Shown here piece by piece: positions 50,531-60,325 of a stretch of DNA of 64,000 nt; position 1 is the stretch's first letter, and each line of letters starts with the position of its first letter. Under the pieces are notes generated by a model that saw only the letters and a list, made by a program, of their open reading frames with translations, was not told where the DNA came from and did not search any database. This DNA comes from a virus. Its lineage: Duplodnaviria; Caudoviricetes. The translations under genes were made by a program, and so were the position numbers. The stretch is from positions 64,001-128,000 of IMG/VR virus record IMGVR_UViG_3300031555_003590; one strand, 5' to 3'.

Positions 50531-51058
50531 ATGAAAACCAACAAGATCTACATCACTAGTGCCGGAGGAAATTTTGGTTGCACTGAGCCCATTTATCAGG
50601 CAATGCCAGATTTCATTCTCCATGTAAACGACAAGTCGTGGATGTTTAATACCGACAAAGATGGTAACCTCACGATGCTTTGTATCAATGGTAAGGATGC
50701 TGACTTTGGAGTGATTAAAGGATATAAGGCCATTACCCTTAAAGCTGTATCTTCTGATTATGACGATTATGAAAAAAGTCGTCATAATTATGAAGAAAGT
50801 ATCAAAGAGTGCAAAGGTCGTTGTTCTTGTCTTGCTGGTACGCTTTCCATTGAGGGTCTCAATACTGGAACCATAATTGGTATTATACCCATAACTGAGA
50901 GAGATCTTGAAAGGAGGGAAATGGATAATGATGATTGGGATTGTCCTTTTGCTGTAACTGGATCCCTTTTGTATGATCCCTTCTGTCTGTGTACTGGTGG
51001 AAAATTCACGATGGAAAACTTCTCTACGAAGCTTGATTCATGTCCTTTCCACCAGTGA
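50531..51058 (+). CDS. Cys-containing hypothetical protein
   Basis: AAGGAAGG before ATG 50531; followed by a terminator. Confidence 0.75.
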   Translation: MKTNKIYITSAGGNFGCTEPIYQAMPDFILHVNDKSWMFNTDKDGNLTMLCINGKDADFGVIKGYKAITLKAVSSDYDDYEKSRHNYEESIKECKGRCSCLAGTLSIEGLNTGTIIGIIPITERDLERREMDNDDWDCPFAVTGSLLYDPFCLCTGGKFTMENFSTKLDSCPFHQ

Positions 51059-51156
51059 GTTAGGGAAGGTGGTACTTAATGGTACCACTTTTCTTTTTTC
51101 GTATATTTTTAATAATTAATTATATATTATTATTTTAAATAAGGGGGATTGATATT

Positions 51157-51357
51157 ATGAAATTTAAATTAATTTCAAATTGGAATAAGAAAAAGCTTCG
51201 TTGTCATTACTGTGGAGAAACTAAAAGTGTTAAATACACACGAGAAATTTATGATCCAACTATAGATGCCAATAATACTGTAACAGTTAATGTCTGTAAT
51301 AAATGTGCATTTGTGTTTGGAATTATCAACAAAGAAGGAGAAATCATCAATGAATAA
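51157..51357 (+). CDS. Small zinc-finger protein
   Basis: CHYC...CNKC; promoter motif 51121-51130. Confidence 0.75.
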   Translation: MKFKLISNWNKKKLRCHYCGETKSVKYTREIYDPTIDANNTVTVNVCNKCAFVFGIINKEGEIINE

Positions 51358-52063
51358 TGAAATTCCTTTTGACTGGTATAATCGATTGATTAGTACTGGT
51401 GAGTTACCTACAAGAAAAGAAGTAATAGATACTGTATCTGAAAATGGTAGTTGGTGGTCTTCTAATAATGTTGATGATTGGTGGAATAATAGTTTGGCTA
51501 AAACTATGTGCCGTACTAATTATGTTCATCAATATAGTTTCCCATTAATTACTCAGGAAGTAGCAAATGATATGGCCAACTTTCTTCTCGGAAAAAGAGT
51601 TTTGGAAGTATGTGCTGGCAATGGGTACATTGCTAAATGTATCACAGATATAAATTCTGATATGAAATCCAATGTGAAATTTATCTGTACTGATAATTAT
51701 AGTTGGGAAGGTAACGAGGCTGATACTGATACCAGCTTTGGCAATTGGAGTAATCATTTCTATCCAGTTGAAAAATTAGATTCAGTTGAAGCAATTAATA
51801 AGTACCATAATGAGATCGATTTTGTAATGGTATCATGGCCTCCATATAGCGAACCTGTTGCATACGAAATTCTAAAGAAATGCATTGAGTATAAACTTCC
51901 TTTGATTTACATTGGTGAAGATTGGGGTGGATGCACAGGTGATGATAGGTTCTTTGAATTGATTTCTGATAAATGCATTATGGAATCCAGTATCATTACG
52001 AATAACTATATTCCCTTCGAAGGAATTCATGATAGAATTTATGTAATTAAAATAAAAGAATAA
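51350..52063 (+). CDS. Class I SAM-dependent methyltransferase
   Basis: VLEVCAGNG, CTD, SWPPY, YIGE..GGCTG; start at ATG 51350 (AAGGAG). Confidence 0.8.
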   Translation: MNNEIPFDWYNRLISTGELPTRKEVIDTVSENGSWWSSNNVDDWWNNSLAKTMCRTNYVHQYSFPLITQEVANDMANFLLGKRVLEVCAGNGYIAKCITDINSDMKSNVKFICTDNYSWEGNEADTDTSFGNWSNHFYPVEKLDSVEAINKYHNEIDFVMVSWPPYSEPVAYEILKKCIEYKLPLIYIGEDWGGCTGDDRFFELISDKCIMESSIITNNYIPFEGIHDRIYVIKIKE

Positions 52064-52078
52064 AAAGAAAGGATTGAT

Positions 52079-52648
52079 TTGCTATTGGATAATATGTTAA
52101 AAATTTATGAGAAATTAAATCATATTGAAAAATGTTTAGAGGAGGCTAAAACTATTTTAGAAAATACAAATCCATGGATTGGTTATATTCCTCCGGATGC
52201 TCCTGAGTCATTCTTTATGGAAATGGCTGAGATATATCCAAAATATAACCAGAAGAAAAATCCTAAGATTAAATTTCATGTAGTGGTTCCTGAGGGTAAT
52301 GAGGGTCCAGTTCCACATGTTCATGTATATTTTAGACATAAAGAGGATAAAGATAAAAGATATATCTCTTATATTGATCTCACTAGATGTGGCTATGCTC
52401 CTCAACATGAAGATGAATGTAAACATTTAATTAGTAAAGAGAAAAAGGCATTAGTTAAATTCTTTGAAACATATCAGCCGAATATTTATACTATGGATAA
52501 AAATGGAAATCCAGTTCCAGCGAATTGTTATCAACACGCATTAGATGTATATATTGATGCACATGATGTTCCTCAAAGTCTTATTGATAAATTAGAACGT
52601 GACGAAAATGGTTTATTTATAATGCCTGATTATCTTAAATTGGAATAA
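52079..52648 (+). CDS. Hypothetical protein with PHVHV motif (DUF4160-like)
   Basis: EGPVPHVHV. Confidence 0.6.
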   Translation: MLLDNMLKIYEKLNHIEKCLEEAKTILENTNPWIGYIPPDAPESFFMEMAEIYPKYNQKKNPKIKFHVVVPEGNEGPVPHVHVYFRHKEDKDKRYISYIDLTRCGYAPQHEDECKHLISKEKKALVKFFETYQPNIYTMDKNGNPVPANCYQHALDVYIDAHDVPQSLIDKLERDENGLFIMPDYLKLE

Positions 52649-52682
52649 AAAAGAAAGGGGATTAATATATCCCCTTTCTTTT

Positions 52683-52868
52683 TTATAAATTCATAATAAA
52701 GGTATAACATTTCGGATCATCAATAGTATTGATAGTAATATCTACATTAGTAATTATTTGATTATTGTCTCTAATTTCAGAAAGTGATTTAATTATATCA
52801 AGAATAATTGAATCAGTACCTTCTGTAGATTTATTTGGATTTTTACATGTAATTGTAACTTCATTCAT
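52683..52868 (-). CDS. Small hypothetical protein
   Basis: AGGAGGT RBS; promoter motif 52899-52908; bidirectional terminator downstream. Confidence 0.7.
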   Translation of the reverse strand: MNEVTITCKNPNKSTEGTDSIILDIIKSLSEIRDNNQIITNVDITINTIDDPKCYTFIMNL

Positions 52869-52968
52869 TATTTATTACCTCCTATATATTATATATTTAT
52901 AATATATAATTTAAAATTTGAACCCGAGATTAATATATGAATAATATGATATAAGGAGGAATGTTAAT

Positions 52969-54783
52969 ATGAATTTAAATCAATCTTCATTAATATTATT
53001 TGAATCAGAACGAAAGAAATATGAATATATACCACCAGAAGGAAGTAATTCATTTTATACTATCGGTGATGGAGAAATAAATCTAGAATGTATTAGAGAT
53101 AATTCTGATAATTATAGATTTGATCTATATACTCAAAATGGACATATTTATACTGGTCCTAGTAATTTTACAATATCAGGAGATATAATTAATAATGAAT
53201 TTCCATATAATGATTTTACTATTATTCCAAATACTATTGTAAGTGTTAATCATACTCTTACTATTAGTAAAGGTACATTAGCTGTACATGGTAAATTAGA
53301 ATTAATGTCAGGATCTCAGTTAATTGTTAGAGATAAAGGAAATATTATTTTTTATCCTGATTCTGAATTTATAATTCATAATGAAACAGATATTTCAGTT
53401 GCTCCAGAATCCAATATCGACATTTATGGTAATATTGATGTTCATTTATCTGAAGTAGATACAATTTTAAATGTGTATGGTATTACAATTGATTCTGCTG
53501 CAGTAATGAATGTAACAGGTATCAATTTATACGATAGGCCATATAGCATGACTGATTATGATTTTGATTTGCGTAATACTATTATAAATGTTCATACTCA
53601 AGGTGAAACTAACTATGAAGATGGTCGTTTAGGATATACATGGACAGGTGGTTCTCCTAATGAATCATCTCAAATTATTAGAATGATTTTATTATGGGGA
53701 CAAGCAATATTAGGAGATTTCAAATTCTCAGTATTAGGAACTCCAGAAAATAGTATTCCTAATCTACAAATGGTATCTGAATTATTAATTAAAAAAGATA
53801 CTACTTTATATATTACTGAAAATTATAAAGGTAGTAGATATATTAGACCTGACCTGTATTTAGGATTGGTAATTGGAAATAATAAAACTCCAGCTACTTG
53901 TATTATAGAAGGTAATATTATTGTAGATGGAATTAATTCTACAATAACAATTGATAGAGGAGCTCGTTTGTATATTAGACCAACGGGCACTGTAAAATTG
54001 ATAAATAATGCTCGTATTAAATCTACATATAATGATGAAAACACTCCAGTATTATTTATTGATGGAACTTTAATTATTGATGATATTAGTCAAATTAGTA
54101 TGTTTTATCCAGGTAATATTGTATTTGGTGAAACTGGTAAAGTGGTTGTATTAAATCCTGATACTGGTGAAAAAAGAATATTATGGTCTACACCTTCAGG
54201 TATTGAATCTACTGATTTATATAGATTATTTAAAGATAGAATTGATCATATAGAATATCATATTCAAAATAATACTGGTATTGGTATTGATAAATATTTT
54301 GAATTTTATGCAAGAGATTTCACTAAATGGTATGGTGGTAGACGTATTGAGAAAGCAATCCATGATGGTATATTAGTATGGCATGATGGAGGATTTATTG
54401 AAGTATATAATGATATTACTCCGTGGGTAAATGAAAATTGTACATTATTTGAAGCATCTCGATTTTTTAAATCATTTGCTTCTTATGATGAAGAACGTTT
54501 ACAAGAAGTGGTTGATAGATTAAAATATACTGGATGTGGTAATATACTATTTAGATTTGTTAACTCTGGTAAAATTGGTGAAGTAATAATGACATTAGAT
54601 GGCACTAAAATGGAATCTGTACTAGCTAATGTTACTAAAGGAACTTATATTCTCAATACTGATAATGATGGAACTTTATTTATGAGAAATAAATTATCAA
54701 CTACTGATGTAGATAATATTGTAAATGATAATGCTAAACAAATTGAAATTAAAAATAAACAAGTTGAATTTACTTTACCATAA
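52969..54783 (+). CDS. Beta-strand-rich putative virion protein
   Basis: 604 aa with repeated G-x-L-x-I/V patterns suggesting a beta-helix. Confidence 0.6.
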   Translation: MNLNQSSLILFESERKKYEYIPPEGSNSFYTIGDGEINLECIRDNSDNYRFDLYTQNGHIYTGPSNFTISGDIINNEFPYNDFTIIPNTIVSVNHTLTISKGTLAVHGKLELMSGSQLIVRDKGNIIFYPDSEFIIHNETDISVAPESNIDIYGNIDVHLSEVDTILNVYGITIDSAAVMNVTGINLYDRPYSMTDYDFDLRNTIINVHTQGETNYEDGRLGYTWTGGSPNESSQIIRMILLWGQAILGDFKFSVLGTPENSIPNLQMVSELLIKKDTTLYITENYKGSRYIRPDLYLGLVIGNNKTPATCIIEGNIIVDGINSTITIDRGARLYIRPTGTVKLINNARIKSTYNDENTPVLFIDGTLIIDDISQISMFYPGNIVFGETGKVVVLNPDTGEKRILWSTPSGIESTDLYRLFKDRIDHIEYHIQNNTGIGIDKYFEFYARDFTKWYGGRRIEKAIHDGILVWHDGGFIEVYNDITPWVNENCTLFEASRFFKSFASYDEERLQEVVDRLKYTGCGNILFRFVNSGKIGEVIMTLDGTKMESVLANVTKGTYILNTDNDGTLFMRNKLSTTDVDNIVNDNAKQIEIKNKQVEFTLP

Positions 54784-54918
54784 TAATATAGGAGGGATAT
54801 AATATCCCTCCTATATTTATCGTATATTTTTATAAAATATTTATATATTATTTATTTGAATAAAAGATTGAAATATATCTGATATTCAAAAAATTGATTA
54901 TAAACGGAGGAATTACAA

Positions 54919-55101
54919 ATGTTGCTAACTATGATTAAAATGATTTTCAAAAAGAATTATGCAAAAGAAATTTATGAAAACAGTAAAAATCCTGTTATTA
55001 CTAATGAAGATGGTCTTCGTGTAATCCAGATTTCTTCTGGTAATGGAAAAGTTGTTGATGGCAGGCTCATGATTGGTGGTAGCTCTATTTTCTATCATTA
55101 A
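54919..55101 (+). CDS. Small hypothetical protein
   Basis: GGAGG RBS; promoter motif 54842-54851. Confidence 0.65.
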   Translation: MLLTMIKMIFKKNYAKEIYENSKNPVITNEDGLRVIQISSGNGKVVDGRLMIGGSSIFYH

Positions 55102-55132
55102 TGAATAAAAATATTTAAAGGAGATATTTACT

Positions 55133-55639
55133 ATGAATACTATCAAATTTAATGCAAGTATGTTTATCGTTCCTAATAGCCTCAGCAAGGTTAAGAATTT
55201 CTTCAATCCTGAGAAATATAAAAAGATAATGACTGAAATCTGCGAACTCAATGGAACAACCTTTGATCCTAAAAATGATTTAATCGTTCAAACTTGGTAT
55301 AATTCTAAACAGCTTGGTTCTGAAAACCTTGCTCGTCACGGCGCATACAAAAGAACAGAAGATGGTAATACATATATCATTGATTTCTATGCTCAAGAAT
55401 ATTTTCCTGTGAAGATTTTCAAGGATCACAAGGAAGGTGATGTCATCAATTTTAAAATTCCTTGTAAACTTACTAAAAGATATACTTGTGATGATGACAA
55501 TGAAGCCTTTAGTACAGAAGAAACAATTGAAGCTATTGCTGATATGCAGTTGGAATTGAACCAATTGGATTATCGGTATCGTAATCATGGTACTTTTGAA
55601 GAAGTGCTTGATAAACTGATTAGTAGATACCATGATTAA
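55133..55639 (+). CDS. Hypothetical protein
   Basis: AAGGAG RBS, 168 aa. Confidence 0.8.
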   Translation: MNTIKFNASMFIVPNSLSKVKNFFNPEKYKKIMTEICELNGTTFDPKNDLIVQTWYNSKQLGSENLARHGAYKRTEDGNTYIIDFYAQEYFPVKIFKDHKEGDVINFKIPCKLTKRYTCDDDNEAFSTEETIEAIADMQLELNQLDYRYRNHGTFEEVLDKLISRYHD

Positions 55640-55660
55640 AACATTTTGGAGGTATTATAA

Positions 55661-56275
55661 ATGACTATCACTACTAGCACTAATGAAGTTCTCTTCAATA
55701 GCACCTTATATGAAATGCCTGATTACTGGCCATTCAAAGTGATAAATGCTACATTCGGTGATAAGAACATGTATCTACAGGCAAATGTTCCTGGTATCTA
55801 CGAGGCTATTAACACTCTGAGTGATCGAGAAAAAGAAATCATTCTCCTTCGCTTTAAAGATGAAATGACTTTAAAGGATATAGGTAACCGATTCGGTATT
55901 TCTCAGGAGCGTAGTCGGCAAATTATTGCCAAGGCTTTAAGGAAACTTCGTCATCCGAGCCGATTTAAGTTTATGCTCGCAACAAGCAGAGCAGATTATG
56001 ATGAGATTAAAGAAAGGCTTAAATTTGCAGAAGCGACTATAGCCAAACTACAAGCGGATGAGCCAACAAAAAATGTACTTGAACTTAGTATCGAAGATGT
56101 TGCATTTAGCTATAGAGCTTTCCATTGTTTACATCAAGCCAATATCAATAATATTGCTGATCTCAGTACTATGACAGTAAAAGATCTACTGAAGATTCAT
56201 AATCTTGGAACAACCACTGCTAGGGAAATCGTTTATAAACTTAAATCTTTTGGGATTAATATACCTGAAGAATAA
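55661..56275 (+). CDS. Sigma70 region 4 - RNAP alpha-CTD fusion protein
   Basis: LSDREKEIILLRF..MTLKDIG.RFGISQERSRQIIAKALRKLRHPSR (sigma region 4), then LSIEDVAFSYRAFHCL.QANI..IADL....DLLKIHNLG...EI..KL..FG (alpha-CTD). Confidence 0.9.
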   Translation: MTITTSTNEVLFNSTLYEMPDYWPFKVINATFGDKNMYLQANVPGIYEAINTLSDREKEIILLRFKDEMTLKDIGNRFGISQERSRQIIAKALRKLRHPSRFKFMLATSRADYDEIKERLKFAEATIAKLQADEPTKNVLELSIEDVAFSYRAFHCLHQANINNIADLSTMTVKDLLKIHNLGTTTAREIVYKLKSFGINIPEE

Positions 56276-56310
56276 AAAGAAAGGGAGCAAATTAAAGCTC
56301 CCTTTCTTTT
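56275..56310. terminator. Bidirectional intrinsic terminator
   Basis: AAAAGAAAGGGAGC/GCTCCCTTTCTTTT. Confidence 0.85.
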
Positions 56311-58880
56311 TATTCATATATTACATTTTGTAATTTAGATCTAGGTACATCATCAGACATACAAATACAATCCATTGGAATATTTATCATCTGAGATAAA
56401 TTATGAGAAATAATAAATGCTTGTTCAGCTTCTAATGTATTCATTTGAGTATATAACATCTTTAAGAATGCTGATCTTCTATCGGAATCTAAGCCTGCAT
56501 CCAATTCATCGACTAGCAATATATTGTATGTTCCGGAAGCACGATTTGCCAAAGCAAATGATAGAGCCATAGTTATCAAAGCAACTTCAGACTGACTTGC
56601 ATATTTAACATCAGGAATTTTAGTTCCATTCTTAATATATGGAACTTCAAATGTATCCTGAGTAACTTTAAACTTTGCAAGTTGTAATTCACCATCATAT
56701 ATTAATCCAAGTAATTCATTAGATAATTTCTGAATTCTACCTAAGTATCGTTTCATATAAATAACCGGAATACCTTTCTTAGTAGATACAGAATCTTGAA
56801 TTAAATTTAAATCAGTATTTTTCTTTGATAACTCTTTACCTTCTTTAACTAGTCTATTATACTCATTTAATTTATTTTCTTTTTCTTTTAAATCTTCTCT
56901 ATACATATTAATCTGACCAGTTACTTGTCTAAGTCTAAACTCCAATTCTCTACGTTCATGTTCAGCTGATTCTAAGGGTTCTAATAATTTAGTAGTAGAT
57001 TCAATGGTAGATTCAAGTATAGATTTAAATTTTTTACCATCATTATATTTAGTAACTAATCCAATTTGTCTATCTATAGTATCTAAATTAGATTGTATGG
57101 TAATTATATTGGATTGAAGAGTTTCAATATTAGATTTATAGAAATCAATACTTTCTCTACATTGTTTAATTTCACTAATATGAGAATCAATACCAGAACT
57201 TTTATAAACAGATAACTGTTGTTCATATTGTTTTAACTTTTCTACATTCTCTACATAGATTTCATGTTCTCTAATTATAGTTAAATATTCTTGAAATCCA
57301 CTAATATCAAATAATGGTAATTTATTACTTAATCTTCTATAAATTTCACTTTCTTCTAATCCACTCTTTAACATTGCAGATAAATTATTAGTAGCTCTAA
57401 TCTCATCCATTCCATTTAAAATATTATCAACATTATTAGAAATTACTTTAATATATCTCAAAGTTTCATCATCTAGTGATTCTTCATCCAATTTATCTTT
57501 GATAGTAGTAATAGTATCAGCTAGTTTATAATAAGGACATTCTATATATTGAGTATCACAATTAGGAGTAATAATATCTTCATCAGCAAATACTTGATTT
57601 AGTAGAGTTCTAATATCGCTTTCATTTATTCTACTCATATTCTTTTTAAGTTGAGTAGTTACAAATTTATCTACAGACTTATTATCTCTTTTTAATTGTA
57701 AATATACTTCTAAAGGTTTATTACCTAAAGTATACAACATCTGTCCAATTTGATTGAATGATGTTAATTTATTTACTACTTGATGAATATCATTAGATGT
57801 AGATCCTAAAGATCTAAATTCTTTAATAGTTTTATTAACAGAATTTAATGAATTTCTTAAACTTTCAATAGCATTGGTTAGCGATTGTAAATCGTTATTA
57901 GAAGTAACTCGTTTAATAAGAATATCTAATCTCTCAATATTTCTTAAATTATTATCAATGGATATTCTATAAGAATTAATTTTGGCTTGAGTATTAATTT
58001 TATCTTCTGATAATGATGATCTTTTCTTCATTAAATTATCAATAGTAGTATCCTGTAACCCTTCACTAATAATATTATTCTCAGTACGTTCTAATTCAGA
58101 TAATGATACTTTAGCTTCTTGATATTTTCTACGTAAGTCATCAATATTATTAGTACTCATAAGAGCTTGTAGTTTACTAATAGAAGCAATTACACTATCT
58201 CTATCTTTTTCTAATTTTTTAATAGATTTATTTAATTGATTAATTTTTTCTTCTTCAACTATAGGATCTGAAATATGGCAATTGTATAGATTATTGTTAT
58301 TAGTAGCTAACATAGCTTTTACTATTCTAATATCTTCATTTATTTTCTTATATATCTTAAGATACATATCAATTTCTTCAATTAATTTACCAATGTATTC
58401 TTTTCTTTTAGCAGGTGCTAGTGTAATAAATGAATTAACATTAGTACCTAATCTAATTAACCTCATCATTTCTTCAGTTAACCCAAAATGTAATTCTACT
58501 AATTGAAGAAATGATCTTACATTTCCATTTTCATTTAATTCTTCACTATTTTTAATAAAGTAACTTTTTACTGTGTGACTATCTTTAGTTGCTTTATAAT
58601 AATGCTTGATAATATATTCATCTTCATTATCTTTATAATGAATTTCTTTATAACCATCATAACCTTTTCTAATATAAGGTAATGAAGATCTTTCATCTAA
58701 TGATGTTACATATGCAAATGGGGTTAACGAAGACATTAGTACTGTTTTTGCACTTCCATTTTTACCAGATATACTTACTATTTTATTCTTAGAATTTTCA
58801 AATGAGATTTCTATTTTTTCTTTATTTTGACCTACATATAGACCAGCAACATTTTCTAATTTGATATATGTTATTTTCAT
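56310..58880 (-). CDS. SbcC/Rad50-like ABC ATPase
   Basis: Walker A GKNGSAKT, long coiled coil, signature ASQSE, Walker B LLVDE, D-loop GLD, ISH. Confidence 0.9.
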   Translation of the reverse strand: MKITYIKLENVAGLYVGQNKEKIEISFENSKNKIVSISGKNGSAKTVLMSSLTPFAYVTSLDERSSLPYIRKGYDGYKEIHYKDNEDEYIIKHYYKATKDSHTVKSYFIKNSEELNENGNVRSFLQLVELHFGLTEEMMRLIRLGTNVNSFITLAPAKRKEYIGKLIEEIDMYLKIYKKINEDIRIVKAMLATNNNNLYNCHISDPIVEEEKINQLNKSIKKLEKDRDSVIASISKLQALMSTNNIDDLRRKYQEAKVSLSELERTENNIISEGLQDTTIDNLMKKRSSLSEDKINTQAKINSYRISIDNNLRNIERLDILIKRVTSNNDLQSLTNAIESLRNSLNSVNKTIKEFRSLGSTSNDIHQVVNKLTSFNQIGQMLYTLGNKPLEVYLQLKRDNKSVDKFVTTQLKKNMSRINESDIRTLLNQVFADEDIITPNCDTQYIECPYYKLADTITTIKDKLDEESLDDETLRYIKVISNNVDNILNGMDEIRATNNLSAMLKSGLEESEIYRRLSNKLPLFDISGFQEYLTIIREHEIYVENVEKLKQYEQQLSVYKSSGIDSHISEIKQCRESIDFYKSNIETLQSNIITIQSNLDTIDRQIGLVTKYNDGKKFKSILESTIESTTKLLEPLESAEHERRELEFRLRQVTGQINMYREDLKEKENKLNEYNRLVKEGKELSKKNTDLNLIQDSVSTKKGIPVIYMKRYLGRIQKLSNELLGLIYDGELQLAKFKVTQDTFEVPYIKNGTKIPDVKYASQSEVALITMALSFALANRASGTYNILLVDELDAGLDSDRRSAFLKMLYTQMNTLEAEQAFIISHNLSQMINIPMDCICMSDDVPRSKLQNVIYE

Positions 58881-58984
58881 CTATTCAAATCCTTTCTCTT
58901 ATTATCATCTATCATGATAATATATAATTTAACTTTCTTCAATATTATAAGAATATTTATTATATTATAGAGAGGAGTATTAAA

Positions 58985-60265
58985 ATGTCAATTATGTATC
59001 AAGAATATATTGAAGATTATATAAAAGAAGCAACTAATGAAATGTTAAAATATAATACTGAAGCTACTGATAAAAGTGCAGTATATAAAGAAAATTATTA
59101 TTTAAGAGATAATCTTCAAATTCCATTTGTTTCTCCAGTATTATCTAAACGAAAAAATCGTGATGAATTAGTTCAATTTACTTCTAAATTTATGGATGAT
59201 CATTCATTTCAATTATCAACTGCAGGTCCAATTCATATATTTATGTTTGGAGATAAAGAAACTAGTTTTCTATATGAAATGTTTGGAGTTACTGGAGAAC
59301 AATTAGTAGCAATGTATCATGCAATGGTTAATGAAGCATTTTTTGGTAAAATTAGTACATTCTTTGATGGATGGGTTAAAAATGCACCACATAAAATTTT
59401 ATTAATTGCAATATTAATTGAAGCATTACAAAAAGGATATGAAGATATTGTAGAAGTAGTTGAATATCTATATGCATTTTCTGAATACCCAATTATATAT
59501 AGATTATTCTGGAAAACTGGTGTAAAAGAAGATGTAATGACTTATACAATTGAACATTTAGGAGCTAAATTTAAAGTTAAAAAAGTATCTAACTTACAAG
59601 CTTTATTAAAGTATGATGCACATTCATCTGTATCAGCTAAGACAGAAGCATTATTAACTGGAGCTGATAATACTTATACTGATTTTATGCAACGAATGAG
59701 AAACCAGATGAAAAATACATTTACTAATATTGCTAGAGCATATTATGATAATGATAAAGAAAATGCAACTCATCATAATACTGCTAATATTTTTGATGAT
59801 GGTTCAATAGCTGATCAAGAAGGTCATATCACTAATATTGCTCAAGCAGTAGATAAAACAATTAATAGATTTAGCACTAAAGAAGTTAATACTTCCATTG
59901 CTAGAATTGTTGCAGATGGAAGTAAAGTTGATAAAAATACTCTTATTACTTATATTAATCAAATTAATTCAGCAAAAAATAATAAAATTAATAAATTAAT
60001 TGAAGTTATTATTACTGCTTATTTTAATAAGAATCCAACTAATACTTCTTTAGGCAGTAGTGAATTTTTAAATTTTGGATTGGCAATGTATAGATCAATT
60101 GGAACTTCAAAGGATCCAATGTATCAGGAAGTAAAAACAATTTTAACATATTGGATGAATGATATTATTAATATAAGAGAAACTTATAGTAGAGAAGCAA
60201 CTATAATTAGTTATACAAGAGCAATTTATAATTACATGGTATTTATGATTAATCATTATAATTAA
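58985..60265 (+). CDS. Hypothetical protein
   Basis: 426-aa ORF, GAGGAG RBS. Confidence 0.85.
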   Translation: MSIMYQEYIEDYIKEATNEMLKYNTEATDKSAVYKENYYLRDNLQIPFVSPVLSKRKNRDELVQFTSKFMDDHSFQLSTAGPIHIFMFGDKETSFLYEMFGVTGEQLVAMYHAMVNEAFFGKISTFFDGWVKNAPHKILLIAILIEALQKGYEDIVEVVEYLYAFSEYPIIYRLFWKTGVKEDVMTYTIEHLGAKFKVKKVSNLQALLKYDAHSSVSAKTEALLTGADNTYTDFMQRMRNQMKNTFTNIARAYYDNDKENATHHNTANIFDDGSIADQEGHITNIAQAVDKTINRFSTKEVNTSIARIVADGSKVDKNTLITYINQINSAKNNKINKLIEVIITAYFNKNPTNTSLGSSEFLNFGLAMYRSIGTSKDPMYQEVKTILTYWMNDIINIRETYSREATIISYTRAIYNYMVFMINHYN

Positions 60266-60325
60266 TTATTTAATTATAAACTGCTGATGTAATAGAAAAA
60301 TTAGTAAAGGAGAGATAAAATAGTT

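Noticed and set aside
51350-52063. DNA methyltransferase of a restriction-modification system, suggested by the SWPPY motif
   Set aside because: No target-recognition domain or partner nuclease is evident; the substrate cannot be assigned
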